From contig PMKN01000064.1 in the NCBI GenBank assembly GCA_003158675.1, positions 1 to 58,884 on the forward strand: a stretch of 58,884 bases of DNA, written 5' to 3'. The stretch's first letter is position 1. Each line of letters begins with the position of its first letter. This document shows, piece by piece, positions 27,442-37,928 of this stretch. The position numbers and the translations under genes are program-made. A model generated the notes under the pieces. That model was not told the origin of the DNA. It did no database searches and saw only the letters and a program-made list of their open reading frames with translations. This DNA comes from Chloroflexota bacterium (GTDB taxonomy: Bacteria > Chloroflexota > Limnocylindria > Limnocylindrales > CSP1-4).

Positions 27442-28902
27442 CTACTGGGCCTTGATCGCGGCGATCAATTTCGCCAGGCCGGCCTTGGCGTCGGCGAAGT
27501 ACATCCCCGTCTTGGGATTGACGTAGAGCGGATTGTCGATGCCGGCATAGCCGCGGCCCATCGAACGTTTCATGACGATGATCGAGCGGGCGTGGTCAAC
27601 GTCCAGAATCGGCATGCCGAAGATGGGGCTGGAGCGGTCAGTTCGGGCGGCCGGGTTGGTAACGTCGTTGGCGCCGACCACCAGAGCGACGTCCGTTCGC
27701 TCGAACTCGGGGTTGATCTCGTCCATCTCCTTGAGCTGCGGGTAAGGCACGTTCGCCTCTGCGAGCAGCACGTTCATGTGGCCAGGCATTCGGCCGGCCA
27801 CCGGATGGATGGCGTAGGAGACGTCCACGCCGCGAGCCTCGAGAAGGTCGGCCAGCTCCCGGACTCCGTGCTGGGCCTGGGCCACGGCCAGCCCGTACCC
27901 CGGGACGATGACGACCTTGCTGGCGTAGGCGAGTTGGATCGCGGCGTCGTCGACGGACACTTCCCGGACCGTTCCGCCCGCACCGGTCAGCGCTGCCTGG
28001 GATCCCTCTGCGGCCCCGAAGCCGCCCACCAGGATATTGGCGATGGAACGATTCATGGCGTCGGCCATGAGCTTGGTCAGGATGGCTCCGGAGGCGCCGA
28101 CCAGAGCCCCGGCCACGATCAGGATGACGTTGCCCACCACGAAGCCGGCCATGGCAACGGCGCTGCCGGTGAAGGCGTTGAGCAGAGATATCACCACCGG
28201 CATGTCCGCGCCGCCAATGGGCAGGACCATCGTGACGCCAAAGACGAGGGCACTCGCCAGGGCGACCATGAGCAGCAGGTCCATCACCGAGGCGTCGTAG
28301 TTGAAGAGGCCCGTGCCGGAGAGGACCAGCACAATGGAGCAGCTGATGGCCAGCACGAGGGCGACCGCCGAGAGCAACCGTCCGCCTGGGAAGACGATTG
28401 GCTGGCCCTTGAGCCGGCCCATCAGCTTGGCCGAGGCGATCAGCGAGCCCGTGAATGTCACCGAACCGACGATGACGTCGACCAGGATGAAGAAGATCAA
28501 CCACCCATCCAGGGCCGCCAGTGCCCCTTCCGGGGTCCGCTGGCTGCTGAGCCGGATGAAGTCGTCGATGGCCAAAAGCCCCGCCGCGCCGCCGCCCACG
28601 GCATTGAAGAGAGAGACCAACTGCGGCATCGAGGTCATGGCCACCGTCCGTGCCATTCGCAGGCCGATGGCGCCGCCGACCACCATGCCGCCGCCGATGA
28701 TCAACCAGTTGCCCGGTTCGACGCCGCGATAACCGACGTAGATCAGTTCCGCGACGACGGCGATAGTCATGCCCGTCGCGGAGAGGCGGTTGCCACGCCG
28801 GGCCGTGGCCGGCGAGTTCATCTGGTGCAGGCCCAGAGCGAAGAAGGCGGCGCCGATGAGGAAGGCGAGCTGAACTACGTATCCGAGATCGATGGCGGTC
28901 AT
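27442..28902 (-). CDS. pntB: NAD(P) transhydrogenase subunit beta
   Basis: MPQLVSLFNAVGG, GGADMPVVISLLN, VPGYGLAVAQAQH, HPVAGRMPGHMNVLLAEA, GANDVTNPAA. Confidence 0.97.
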   Translation of the reverse strand: MTAIDLGYVVQLAFLIGAAFFALGLHQMNSPATARRGNRLSATGMTIAVVAELIYVGYRGVEPGNWLIIGGGMVVGGAIGLRMARTVAMTSMPQLVSLFNAVGGGAAGLLAIDDFIRLSSQRTPEGALAALDGWLIFFILVDVIVGSVTFTGSLIASAKLMGRLKGQPIVFPGGRLLSAVALVLAISCSIVLVLSGTGLFNYDASVMDLLLMVALASALVFGVTMVLPIGGADMPVVISLLNAFTGSAVAMAGFVVGNVILIVAGALVGASGAILTKLMADAMNRSIANILVGGFGAAEGSQAALTGAGGTVREVSVDDAAIQLAYASKVVIVPGYGLAVAQAQHGVRELADLLEARGVDVSYAIHPVAGRMPGHMNVLLAEANVPYPQLKEMDEINPEFERTDVALVVGANDVTNPAARTDRSSPIFGMPILDVDHARSIIVMKRSMGRGYAGIDNPLYVNPKTGMYFADAKAGLAKLIAAIKAQ

Positions 28903-28915
28903 GGCCGGATCCTCC

Positions 28916-29230
28916 TCAGTTGGCGGACTTGTCGGCCTTGGGGACCGGGCGGCGTTTGAACATCTGCAGCATTCGATCGGTTACCCAGTAGCCGCCGACG
29001 ACATTCGCGGCGGCGAAAACGACGGCAACGAAAGCCAGGACGGAGGTCAATGCGTTGTCGGCGGTCGCGCCCAGACCGATGGCTCCGACCAGGACGATGC
29101 CGTGGATGGAATTCGTACCCGACATGAGCGGCGTGTGAAGCGTCGCCGGAACACGGCTGATCACTTCGAAGCCCAGCAGGATCGCCAGGACGAAGACGGT
29201 CAGGTCGTTGATCAGGGTGCCGACGTTCAT
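28916..29230 (-). CDS. pntA: NAD(P) transhydrogenase subunit alpha part 2
   Basis: VPATLHTPLMSGTNSIHG, NVVGGYWVTDRMLQMF. Confidence 0.95.
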   Translation of the reverse strand: MNVGTLINDLTVFVLAILLGFEVISRVPATLHTPLMSGTNSIHGIVLVGAIGLGATADNALTSVLAFVAVVFAAANVVGGYWVTDRMLQMFKRRPVPKADKSAN

Positions 29231-30387
29231 GCCTGGGCGCCTCCCTTGGGAGCGGTCTGAAGCAGTTGCTGGGTAGCTGCCTGTACAACCTTGCCGCCAT
29301 GGGTGATCACTGTGGCAGCCGTGACTTCATCGCTGAAGTCGAAGTCGAGCTTGCCATCGACGACGAAGTTGAGCAGAAGGTTGGAGATATTGCGTGAGTA
29401 GAAGGTGCTTGCCCCAGTCGGCATGGAGGCCGGCAGATTCACCGGGGCGTGAACCTCGACGCCATTTGGAGTGGCGATGACCTTGCCAGGTCTCGACAGT
29501 TCGCAGTTGCCGCCCAGTTCACTCGCGGCCATGTCTACGATCACCGAGCCTGACTTCATACCCTCGACCGCGGCCCGAGTGACCAGCACGGGAGGCCGCC
29601 GGCCCGGCACCTGGGCCGTTGTTATCACGATGTCCGAGGCGGCGATGATGCCGTTCAGTTCGGCCTGCTGGGCCGCCTGCTCCTCCGCGGTCAGGGCGCG
29701 GGCGTAGCCACCCTGACCCGTGGCCTCGATGGCGGATTTGAGGGTCACGAACTGGGCCCCGAGCGATTCCGCTTGCTCCTTGGTATCGCTGCGGACGTCG
29801 TAGGCCTTCACCATCGCCCCGAGCCGGCGGGCGGTGGCGATAGCCTGGAGCCCGGCCACTCCCACCCCGAGGACCAGCACGTTGGCGGGCTTGGCCGTGC
29901 CGGCCGGAGTAGTGAGCAGCGGGAAGTATCGGCCGAAGGCGTTGGCGGCGATGAGAACTGCCTTGTAGCCACCCACGTTCGCCTGCGATGAGAGCGCGTC
30001 CATCCCCTGCGAGCGGGAGAGTGTCCGCGGGATCGCGTCCAGGCTAACTGCCGTCACTTTCTGGCGCGCGAGCCGGACCATCGCCAGCGGATCGAGGAGG
30101 GGCGCCAGCAGGCCGATGACGACCTGGCCTTCCTGGAGCATCGCTGCCTCGGCCGACGTGGGCCGATGGATCCTCAGGATCACGTCGCTGGTGGAGCACA
30201 ACGTCGCGGTGTTGACTATCTTGGCGCCCGCATCCACGTAGCTCTGATCCGGGAAATGCGCGGCCGCCCCCGCGCCGCGCTCCACGAGCACGGTCATCCC
30301 GGAATTGCGGAGCTTCTGGATCGCGTCCGGGACCAGCGCCACGCGCCTCTCGTCCGGGGCGGTCTCTTTGGCTACGCCAACTCTCAT
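29227..30387 (-). CDS. pntA: NAD(P) transhydrogenase subunit alpha part 1
   Basis: MRVGVAKE...ERRVALVP, DALSSQANVGGYKAV, GVGVAGLQA, DIVITTAQVPG, GGNCEL. Confidence 0.96.
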   Translation of the reverse strand: MRVGVAKETAPDERRVALVPDAIQKLRNSGMTVLVERGAGAAAHFPDQSYVDAGAKIVNTATLCSTSDVILRIHRPTSAEAAMLQEGQVVIGLLAPLLDPLAMVRLARQKVTAVSLDAIPRTLSRSQGMDALSSQANVGGYKAVLIAANAFGRYFPLLTTPAGTAKPANVLVLGVGVAGLQAIATARRLGAMVKAYDVRSDTKEQAESLGAQFVTLKSAIEATGQGGYARALTAEEQAAQQAELNGIIAASDIVITTAQVPGRRPPVLVTRAAVEGMKSGSVIVDMAASELGGNCELSRPGKVIATPNGVEVHAPVNLPASMPTGASTFYSRNISNLLLNFVVDGKLDFDFSDEVTAATVITHGGKVVQAATQQLLQTAPKGGAQA

Positions 30388-30787
30388 CGCGATTTCACCT
30401 GCTGCACGCGTCATGGACCGGCCGATTCAGGGCAACAGCGTCCAGCTAGGACGCGCTGGAAGTCTAGTCCGGCCCGCTGTGGCGTGCGTGCCTTCCGGCA
30501 CGTCCGCCCTGGATCGACCCCGAAAGGCCGGCGGAGGGCACCCGCGGAACTCTGGCTCCTTGCGGTGGCCAATCCGGCATATCGAGCTTGGTCCGAACCA
30601 TCCCACGTCTCAAAGATCGAGGCGCCGGAGGTTGGCCCTGTTTCACAGATCGAATTGGCGCTCATACATCAGTTCGCTCCGCAACCGGGCCTCTGGCCAC
30701 ACGTGCAGAAGGGCGTATAGTCGATCCCACACCGCTGGCTTGCCGGCGACACATATCAGGATGGCCGTGGACCGGGAGTGGAACGCT

Positions 30788-31108
30788 ATGGTCACAGTTC
30801 GCAAAGCCGATCCCGCACTTATGGACAAGGCCGCCAAATCCGGGCGCGAGTTGAGCCCGGCCGCGCAGCAGCGAGAGCAGCAGCAGCGCCAGTTCAAGCG
30901 GTTGATCGCCCAGCTCAAGGGTCCCCAGCAGGTCTTCTCAGTACGCCTCGATCCCACAGAGAAGCCGATCACCATCAGGCAGCGTTTGCTTCGCGTTGCG
31001 GCTGACGCCAAAGTCGAGATCGCCGTACGCAAGCACGGCGATGGATTCCTCGTGGGCCTGCTCACACCCGATCGGCGCACGAACCGGGGACGCCGCGCTA
31101 AGGCCTGA
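30788..31108 (+). CDS. Small basic hypothetical protein (106 aa)
   Basis: SD GGGAG before ATG, TATAGT -10 at 30717-30722; Arg/Lys-rich, C-terminal RRTNRGRRAKA. Confidence 0.7.
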   Translation: MVTVRKADPALMDKAAKSGRELSPAAQQREQQQRQFKRLIAQLKGPQQVFSVRLDPTEKPITIRQRLLRVAADAKVEIAVRKHGDGFLVGLLTPDRRTNRGRRAKA

Positions 31109-31161
31109 CGACCGGCTGATCCGCCACGCTCCCAGCGCCTGAAGGCGCGACCCCAAAGGCT

Positions 31162-31980
31162 CTACCGCTTGGGCGGTTCCTCAGCCGAGATCGTCTCTTC
31201 GACGTCGGCCGATTCCTCCGCTCCGGCTGATTCCACCGGATCCGGGTCGAGGACTACCAGTCGGTAGGCTTCGGCCGCCGCTGTGCCGATCCTGGCTCCC
31301 TGGTCGACCAGGCGTGCCCGCACGCGGCCGAACACGGCCTCGGGATCGTGGAGCTGGCTGGAATGTGCCCGCAGGGCTTCGATCTTGCGGTCGGCGGCGG
31401 CGGTCACGTCGATCCACACGTCGGGCTTGTTGGACCACATGAGATACAGCCGCCTCACCCGGTGAGCCGGGAGCCCCTGGCGGGTCAGCCAGGGAAAGAC
31501 CATCGGATTGCGGGCGGCGGGGTAGACGGCGTCCAGAGCCGCCATTGCTGCCGCGCGATGATCGGTATGGTTGATGCCTCCGCCGTCGTGGATCACCACC
31601 TCCGGATCACCCGCGAAGACCGCGTCCGGCTTGAAGGTTCGGATCTCGCGGACGAGCATTTCGCGCAACGACAGGTCGTCGACCAGGTTGCCGTCGGGCT
31701 GATGCAGGAACGAAACGCCCCGATAGCCCACAACCTGCGCCGCCAGACGCTGCTCGTCTTCGCGAGCCTGGGCCAGTTCGAACGGATTGGCCTCGGGGTC
31801 TTCTCCGCCGGCGTCGCCGGATGTGCAGCACACCAGCCAGCCCTCGGCTCCCGCCTCGATCCAGGCCGCGGCCGTACCTGCCGGGCCGAAGTCGGCGTCG
31901 TCAGGGTGGGCCACGATGACCATGAATCGCCTGGGTCGCCAATCGTGCGGGGAGGGCATCTCGTCGATGGTGGGTTTCAT
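31162..31980 (-). CDS. PIG-L/LmbE family deacetylase
   Basis: AHPDDADF, TSGDAG, NHTDH, ALRAHSSQ; SD AGGAG. Confidence 0.9.
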   Translation of the reverse strand: MKPTIDEMPSPHDWRPRRFMVIVAHPDDADFGPAGTAAAWIEAGAEGWLVCCTSGDAGGEDPEANPFELAQAREDEQRLAAQVVGYRGVSFLHQPDGNLVDDLSLREMLVREIRTFKPDAVFAGDPEVVIHDGGGINHTDHRAAAMAALDAVYPAARNPMVFPWLTRQGLPAHRVRRLYLMWSNKPDVWIDVTAAADRKIEALRAHSSQLHDPEAVFGRVRARLVDQGARIGTAAAEAYRLVVLDPDPVESAGAEESADVEETISAEEPPKR

Positions 31981-32160
31981 CTGGCTCCTGAAAGGTGGAC
32001 AACTTGCGGTGCGAATCGGCAACAACCGGCCCCGAGCGATGGCTCGGCACGCTCCGGCAGGCCATCTGGGCCTCCGCGAAGATCGCGCACGAGAGTTATC
32101 ATGCCGCCCGAGGCTTCGCTCGTCTCCCCCCACGGGCGAGGCCTCTCTCCATGCCCGCCG

Positions 32161-32646
32161 CTAGGGGAGGGTCGCGCGTGCCCGACCCAGCGCTTCCAGG
32201 ACCTCCGCCGCGTGGTTCTCGGGCTTGACCTTGGTCCAGACGTGGGCGAGCCGGCCGTCGGGACCGACCAGGAAGCTGTTCCTGGCGACGCCCCAGTAGG
32301 TCCTGCCGTACTGGTTCTTCTCCACCCAGCTGCCGTACGAGTCGGCTACGGCGTGGTCTTCGTCCGCGAGCAGAGTGAAGGGCAGTCCGTACTTGGCGCG
32401 GAAGGCCGCCTTGCTCGCGGCCCCCTGGGGGCTGATTCCCCAGACCTCGGTGTCTGCGTCTCCGAAAGTGGCGTGGGCGTCTCTGAAGGAGCAAGCCTCC
32501 TTGGTGCAGCCCGGCGTGTCGTCGGCCGGGTAGAAGTACACGACCGTGAAGTGGCCCGTTCTGTCGGCGAGACGGTGATGTCGTCCCTCGTCGTCTCGTA
32601 GCTCGAAATCGGGGGCGATTTCGCCCACCGCAGGGATATTGCTCAT
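32161..32646 (-). CDS. bcp: Peroxiredoxin BCP/PrxQ
   Basis: [28 protein letters not shown]. Confidence 0.94.
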   Translation of the reverse strand: MSNIPAVGEIAPDFELRDDEGRHHRLADRTGHFTVVYFYPADDTPGCTKEACSFRDAHATFGDADTEVWGISPQGAASKAAFRAKYGLPFTLLADEDHAVADSYGSWVEKNQYGRTYWGVARNSFLVGPDGRLAHVWTKVKPENHAAEVLEALGRARATLP

Positions 32647-32771
32647 GCAAGCAGGTTAGCAGGGCGTTTCGTGACGGTTGCGACCGGCGTTCGGTAGCCC
32701 GCAGGACGAGATCGGCCATGCGAGCCCGAGGCATCCTTGCGGCGCCAGGTGCTAGGATTCGGCCAACCGAA

Positions 32772-32862
32772 TACGCCTCCGGGGAGCGCCACTGGCGCTG
32801 AGAGTGCGGCTCCTGCCGCAGACCCGCTGTACCTGATCTGGGTAATGCCAGCGAAGGAAGCA
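32772..32862 (+). ncRNA. TPP riboswitch (THI box)
   Basis: GGGGAG...CTGAGA...GACCC...ACCTGATCTGGGTAATGCCAGCGAAGGAA directly upstream of thiD operon. Confidence 0.95.
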
Positions 32863-32880
32863 GGCACAACCAACTCCCTC

Positions 32881-32921
32881 TCGCCGCACTCCCCAAACGC
32901 GGAGCGCGGCGACGTTGTTTT
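32881..32921 (+). terminator. Riboswitch expression-platform terminator
   Basis: TCGCCGC/GCGGCGA outer stem with CTCC/GGAG inner stem, followed by CGTTGTTTT. Confidence 0.65.
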
Positions 32922-32952
32922 CGAGGCAGAAGGTGAACGGGATTGGTCCACG

Positions 32953-33822
32953 GTGAGTGACGACGACCGACTGGGGGCGACGCGGCAGCCAGCTCCGCGC
33001 GCGGAGCTACGCGCGGACGAGAAGCTCCGGCGCGTGCGTGCCCTCACGATCGCCGGCTCCGACTCGGGCGGCGGTGCCGGCATCCAGGCCGATCTCAAAA
33101 CGTTCATGGCGTTCGGCGTCTATGGCGCCTCGGTCGTGACCGCGATCACGGCCCAGAACACCGTCGGCGTGCGCGCCATCCATGAGGTGCCGCCGGATGT
33201 CGTCGCGGCGCAGATCGACGCGGTTCTCGACGACATCGGCGCCGACGCTGCCAAGACCGGAATGCTCTCGAGCGCGGCGATCATCGAGGTCGTGGCTGAC
33301 CGACTGCGCGCCCACCCGGTCGCGGCGCTGGTCGTGGATCCGGTCATGGTCGCCAAGAGCGGCGACGTGCTGCTGCAGCCGGCGGCGGTGCGGGCGCTCA
33401 TCGAGCTGCTCCTCCCGATGGCGACGGTGGTCACGCCCAACGCTCCGGAGGCGACCGTGCTCTCGGGCCTGGAGGTGCGGGACACGCGGTCTGCCCGCGA
33501 AGCTGCACGGCGGATCCATGGCCTCGGTCCGGCCGTGGTCATCGTCAAGGGCGGACACCTCGACGGCGACCGGTCCGAGGACCTAGTGTTCGACGGTCGT
33601 TCGTTCGAAGTCCTGTCCGGTAGGCGCGTCGACACCCCCCACACGCATGGCACCGGCTGCACGTTCTCGGCAGCCATCGCAGCCTGCCTCGCCCGTGGCA
33701 TGACCCCGCTGGCGGGGGCACGGGAGGCGAGGGCGTTCCTCCAAGGAGCCATTGAGCATGCCGAGCCACTCGGCTCCGGCCACGGGCCAGTGAACCATCT
33801 CTGGAGGTCGTTCCATGCGTGA
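32953..33822 (+). CDS. thiD: Hydroxymethylpyrimidine/phosphomethylpyrimidine kinase
   Basis: [56 protein letters not shown]. Start approximate. Confidence 0.95.
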   Translation: MSDDDRLGATRQPAPRAELRADEKLRRVRALTIAGSDSGGGAGIQADLKTFMAFGVYGASVVTAITAQNTVGVRAIHEVPPDVVAAQIDAVLDDIGADAAKTGMLSSAAIIEVVADRLRAHPVAALVVDPVMVAKSGDVLLQPAAVRALIELLLPMATVVTPNAPEATVLSGLEVRDTRSAREAARRIHGLGPAVVIVKGGHLDGDRSEDLVFDGRSFEVLSGRRVDTPHTHGTGCTFSAAIAACLARGMTPLAGAREARAFLQGAIEHAEPLGSGHGPVNHLWRSFHA

Positions 33823-34639
33823 GCTCGATCTGGCTGCGCTGACTGCGCAATCGCTGGCCCGGATACGCGAACGCACCCCGCTCGTCCACAACATCACCAA
33901 CTTCGTCGTGATGAACGACACGGCCAACGTGCTCCTCGCGCTCGGCGCCTCGCCGGTCATGGCTCATGCGATCGAGGAAGTCCGCGAGATGGTGGCCCAC
34001 GCCGGCGCCCTCGTGCTCAATATCGGGACGCTCGAGGAGAGCTGGATCGAAGCCATGCTGGCGGCCGGCGAGGAGGCGAACGTTCGCGGCATACCCGTGG
34101 TACTGGATCCGGTAGGGGCCGGCGCGACGAGGTTCCGCACTGCCGCCACCGAGCGGATCCGCGCCGCGGTTCGTGTCGCGGTGGTCCGTGGCAATGGTGC
34201 CGAGCTGGCCACAATCGCCGGAATGGAGGCGAGGATCCGGGGCGTGGACGCGGTTTCGTCCGGGGATCCGGTCTCGGCCGCTCGGATGGCCGCGACCCGC
34301 TTTGGTGGAGCGGCCGTCGTCAGCGGGCCTGTCGATTACGTGGCCGACGCCACCCGCCTGGCCGAGGTGCACAACGGCCATCCGCTCATGGGCCGCATCA
34401 CCGGCTCGGGCTGCATGGCCACGGCTATCGTCGGAGGGTTCCTGGCGGTCGAGCCCGACCCGTTCCTGGCCGGGGCCGAGGCGATGATCGCGTTCGGGAT
34501 CGCCGGCGAGCTGGCCGCGGAGCGCAGCGCCGGACCGGGCACGTTCCGGGCGAATCTGATCGACGCCGTGGCGGCGCTGGACAGCGACACGGTCTTGTCG
34601 CGAGCGCGAGCTTCGGTCGGTGAGATGGATCCGGCATGA
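33815..34639 (+). CDS. thiM: Hydroxyethylthiazole kinase
   Basis: PLVHNITNFV, GASPVMAH, VLDPVGAGAT, RGNGAE, ITGSGCM. Confidence 0.95.
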   Translation: MRELDLAALTAQSLARIRERTPLVHNITNFVVMNDTANVLLALGASPVMAHAIEEVREMVAHAGALVLNIGTLEESWIEAMLAAGEEANVRGIPVVLDPVGAGATRFRTAATERIRAAVRVAVVRGNGAELATIAGMEARIRGVDAVSSGDPVSAARMAATRFGGAAVVSGPVDYVADATRLAEVHNGHPLMGRITGSGCMATAIVGGFLAVEPDPFLAGAEAMIAFGIAGELAAERSAGPGTFRANLIDAVAALDSDTVLSRARASVGEMDPA

Positions 34640-35328
34640 GCGGAACGCCCCCAGACGAGGAGCGGGCGCGCCGCCGCGAAGTGCTCCGGAAGGCGGGCGT
34701 CTACCTGGTGACCGAGGAGTCGCTCAGCGTCGGGCGACGCTCGGAAGAGATCGCCGAGGCTGCGCTGGCGGCCGGCGTGCGTGTCGTGCAGGTTCGAGAG
34801 AAGGACGGGACGGCGCGTCGAGCCCTGGAGATCGCTCTCGCCTTGCGGCGTATGACGCGCCGATTCGGGGCGCTCCTGATTGTCAACGATCGGATCGACA
34901 TTGCGCTGGCCGCGGACGCCGATGGCGTTCACCTGGGCCAGGAGGACATTCCGATGGCGGCAGCCAGAAGGCAGCTGGGCGAGGCGGCTTTGATCGGGTT
35001 GTCGATCACGGCGGCCGGGCAGCTTGCCGCGCCTGATGCTGCCCTGGCTGACTGCCTGGGCGTGGGCTCGATATTTGCCACGAGTTCGAAGTCGGACGCG
35101 ACTCTTACCGGGCTGGCGCTGCTCGGGGCGGCGCGGGCGGCCGGGGGCGGCCGGGTACCAATAGTCGCCATCGGCGGGATAACGGTTGGAAATGCGGGTC
35201 GGGCTGTGCTCGCCGGCGCTGACGTGGTGGCGGTCATCGGCGCCATCACCGCCGCGTCCGATCCGGGTCGAGCAGCCAAGTCGCTCCTGGAGGAGGTCCG
35301 CGTGGCGCGGGCTCGGGCGACGCGATGA
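34636..35328 (+). CDS. thiE: Thiamine-phosphate synthase
   Basis: VQVREK, LIVNDRIDIALA, DGVHLGQED, PIVAIGGIT. Confidence 0.93.
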   Translation: MSGTPPDEERARRREVLRKAGVYLVTEESLSVGRRSEEIAEAALAAGVRVVQVREKDGTARRALEIALALRRMTRRFGALLIVNDRIDIALAADADGVHLGQEDIPMAAARRQLGEAALIGLSITAAGQLAAPDAALADCLGVGSIFATSSKSDATLTGLALLGAARAAGGGRVPIVAIGGITVGNAGRAVLAGADVVAVIGAITAASDPGRAAKSLLEEVRVARARATR

Positions 35329-36308
35329 GCGGCTCCGGCGAGTTCGAGCTGATTGCGTCGCTGGCGAGGCGCCTCGATCCCGCGACCGACGGGCTGGGTA
35401 TCGGCGACGACGCCGCGGCCTGGTCGGCGACCCCAGGCGCGCTGGTCGTGGCCACGACCGACATGCTGGTGGAAGGCGTCCACTTCCGCCTCGACTGGAC
35501 GTCGCCGCGCGACCTCGGCTGGAAGGCGCTTGCAGTCAATCTCTCCGACCTTGCGGCCATGGGCGCCACGCCGGGCCGGGCCCTGATCTCCGTGGCGTTG
35601 CCGCCGGGTCAGACGAGGCTGGTCGAGGAGATGTACGAGGGCCTCGGCGAGCTGGCCCGCCTCACCGGAACGCGGGTGGTCGGCGGCGATACGGTGCGAA
35701 CTTCGGGGCCGCTCGTCGTGAACGTAGCTCTCGTCGGCGAGGCGGAGCGAGGCCGTTTGCTGCGGCGGGACGGCGCCCGGCCCGGCGACCTGCTCGTCCT
35801 GACCGGAGCCGTCGGAGCGTCGGCGGCGGGCCTGGCCCTGTTGCTCGAGGGCGACCGCGACCGGCTCTCCTCGCCCGAGGCGGCGCAGCTCCTGGCGGCC
35901 CACCATCGGCCCACGCCGCGGCTCGCCGCGGGCCGCGCTCTCGCGTCCGCCGGCTCGCGCTGCGCCATCGACGTCAGTGACGGAGTTGCCAGCGAAGCCT
36001 GGCATCTGGCCCGGGCCAGCGGCGTGAGCATCAGGCTCGATGTCGACCGGCTGCCGCTCGATCCCGCCGCGATCGTCCTTTTCGGCGAGGCGAAGGCGCG
36101 CCAGTTCGCCGTTTCGGGTGGCGAGGACTACCAGCTGCTCTTCACCGTGCCCGAGGCCCTCCTGTCGGGCGTGAAGGCGGCTTGCGGCGGAGAGGACCGC
36201 TCCACGGTAGTGGGCCGGGTGACGGGGATCCAATCGGGTGGAGAGGTCCAACTGATGGACGCGGACGGTGTCGTGGATCCTGGCCCGTCCGGCTATGTGG
36301 CGTTCTGA
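35325..36308 (+). CDS. thiL: Thiamine-monophosphate kinase
   Basis: GEFELI, GIGDDAA, TDMLVEGVHF, AVNLSDLAAMGA, GGDT, DVSDG, GGEDYQLLFT. Confidence 0.94.
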   Translation: MSGSGEFELIASLARRLDPATDGLGIGDDAAAWSATPGALVVATTDMLVEGVHFRLDWTSPRDLGWKALAVNLSDLAAMGATPGRALISVALPPGQTRLVEEMYEGLGELARLTGTRVVGGDTVRTSGPLVVNVALVGEAERGRLLRRDGARPGDLLVLTGAVGASAAGLALLLEGDRDRLSSPEAAQLLAAHHRPTPRLAAGRALASAGSRCAIDVSDGVASEAWHLARASGVSIRLDVDRLPLDPAAIVLFGEAKARQFAVSGGEDYQLLFTVPEALLSGVKAACGGEDRSTVVGRVTGIQSGGEVQLMDADGVVDPGPSGYVAF

Positions 36309-36321
36309 AACAGGAGGAACG

Positions 36322-37653
36322 GTGGTCGCGGAAGCTCAGCCCCTCGGGATACCTCGCGGCGACCTGGCCGCAGCCACTGTCGGAATCGAGCCTGTTCCGG
36401 ATCGGTTCCGGGTACTGGGATTCCTCGACTACTTCGTGTTGTGGGCGGACCTCGGGGTCGGATTGCTGGTGCTCCTCGCCGGCACGGCGCTCGTACCGGG
36501 GCTCGGGTTATGGGAAGCGTTCGCCGCGATCCTCGGCGGCACGTTCATCGGCAACGTGATGCTAGGGCTGGCCGGAGTCGTTGGTAGCGACAACGCGGTC
36601 CCTTCGATGGTCAGCCTGCGGCCGAGCTTCGGTCGGCGTGGCAGCTATCTGCCGAGCCTCATCAACGTCGTCCAGCTGGTGGGTTGGGGGGCGTTCGAGA
36701 TCTTCATCATGGCCAAGGCTACCGTCGGTCTGACGCATTCTCTGTGGGGCTTCTCCAGCTATGGGTTGTCTGCGGTCGTTTGGGGAATCGTGGTCATCCT
36801 TTTCGCCCTTGGCGGTCCGCTCGTCATAGTCCGCCAGTGGCTGGAGAAGGCCGGCATCTGGATCGTCCTAGTCACCGGTGCGTGGATGGTCGTTTATGTT
36901 GCGACGCACGCCGACCTTGCCGCGCTCGCGAGCAGGCACGGCGATGGCAGCTTGACCTTCGCCCAGGGAATAGACCTCGTGGTGGCGATGCCGATCAGCT
37001 GGCTGCCGATCGTCGCCGACTTCAACCGCTTCGCTCGCTCCTCCCGTTCGTCGTTCTGGGGGACCGTATCCGGGTTTGCCGTAGCCAACGTGCTGTTCTA
37101 CAGCCTGGGCGTTCTCCTGATTCTCGTACTGCCGACCGGCGGCCTAATAGAGTCGATCATGACCATCGCCTTTGGGGCGGCCGGTCTGGCGCTTCTTCTC
37201 GGCGACGAGACCGACAACGCCTTTGCCGATATCTACTCGGGTGCAATCTCGATCAAGAACATCCTGCCGGCGCTCTCGACGCGCATCCTGGTGACCGGTC
37301 TGGGTTGCGTGTGTCTGGCGATCGCTCTCGCGGTCGATCTCAACAGCTACCAGGGCTTCCTGTATTTGGTGGGTTCGCTGTTCACGCCGCTGTTCGGAGT
37401 CCTGTTCGCCGATTACTATCTTCTGAAGCGGCGCCGTTATGAATCGGATGCCCTGTACCCTGCGACCGGCAGTGGGCGAGCATTGAGTGGAGTGAACCCT
37501 GTGGCTCTCGTGGCATGGGGCTGCGGTATTGCGGCCTACCTGACCGAGACCACCTACGTCGGCTGGCTTGGGGGCACTCTTCCGTCCCTAGCGGTCTCGC
37601 TCGTCGTCTACGTGGCGGCAAGTGTGACTCTGGAGCGGGTTCGAGCCAGATAG
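36322..37653 (+). CDS. cytX: NCS1/cytosine-permease family transporter, likely HMP transporter CytX
   Basis: About 12 TM, RPSFG, NVVQLVGW, MPISWLPIVADFNRF; last gene of TPP-regulated operon; SD AGGAGG before GTG. Confidence 0.78.
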   Translation: MVAEAQPLGIPRGDLAAATVGIEPVPDRFRVLGFLDYFVLWADLGVGLLVLLAGTALVPGLGLWEAFAAILGGTFIGNVMLGLAGVVGSDNAVPSMVSLRPSFGRRGSYLPSLINVVQLVGWGAFEIFIMAKATVGLTHSLWGFSSYGLSAVVWGIVVILFALGGPLVIVRQWLEKAGIWIVLVTGAWMVVYVATHADLAALASRHGDGSLTFAQGIDLVVAMPISWLPIVADFNRFARSSRSSFWGTVSGFAVANVLFYSLGVLLILVLPTGGLIESIMTIAFGAAGLALLLGDETDNAFADIYSGAISIKNILPALSTRILVTGLGCVCLAIALAVDLNSYQGFLYLVGSLFTPLFGVLFADYYLLKRRRYESDALYPATGSGRALSGVNPVALVAWGCGIAAYLTETTYVGWLGGTLPSLAVSLVVYVAASVTLERVRAR

Positions 37654-37928
37654 TCGTCTGGAAGATGACCGGGCGACGCGCCCCAAAGGCCCCCATTCGG
37701 CCGTCCTTGTGCCCCGAAAAGACCACCTTCAAGGCCATTGCATAGAACGTCCATCGCAGCTACGATCATTCACACGGTTCGCAGGGATTGGACTTGCAGG
37801 TTCGGTGAACCGAAGGCGCCCAAATGGGGTCACTAACTTGAGGGACCGCTATCACATACTGGTCGTTGGCGTGCCGCCTGCCGATACTCTCATTAGTTGT
37901 CCAATCGAACACATGGTAGATTTCATCC

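Noticed and set aside
30635-30650. Rex operator upstream of pnt
   Set aside because: Only one TTCACA half-site; the other half is absent.
37906-37918. LexA box-like CGAAC-ACAT-GGTA before ybaK
   Set aside because: Right half-site has two mismatches and the gene is not a typical SOS member.
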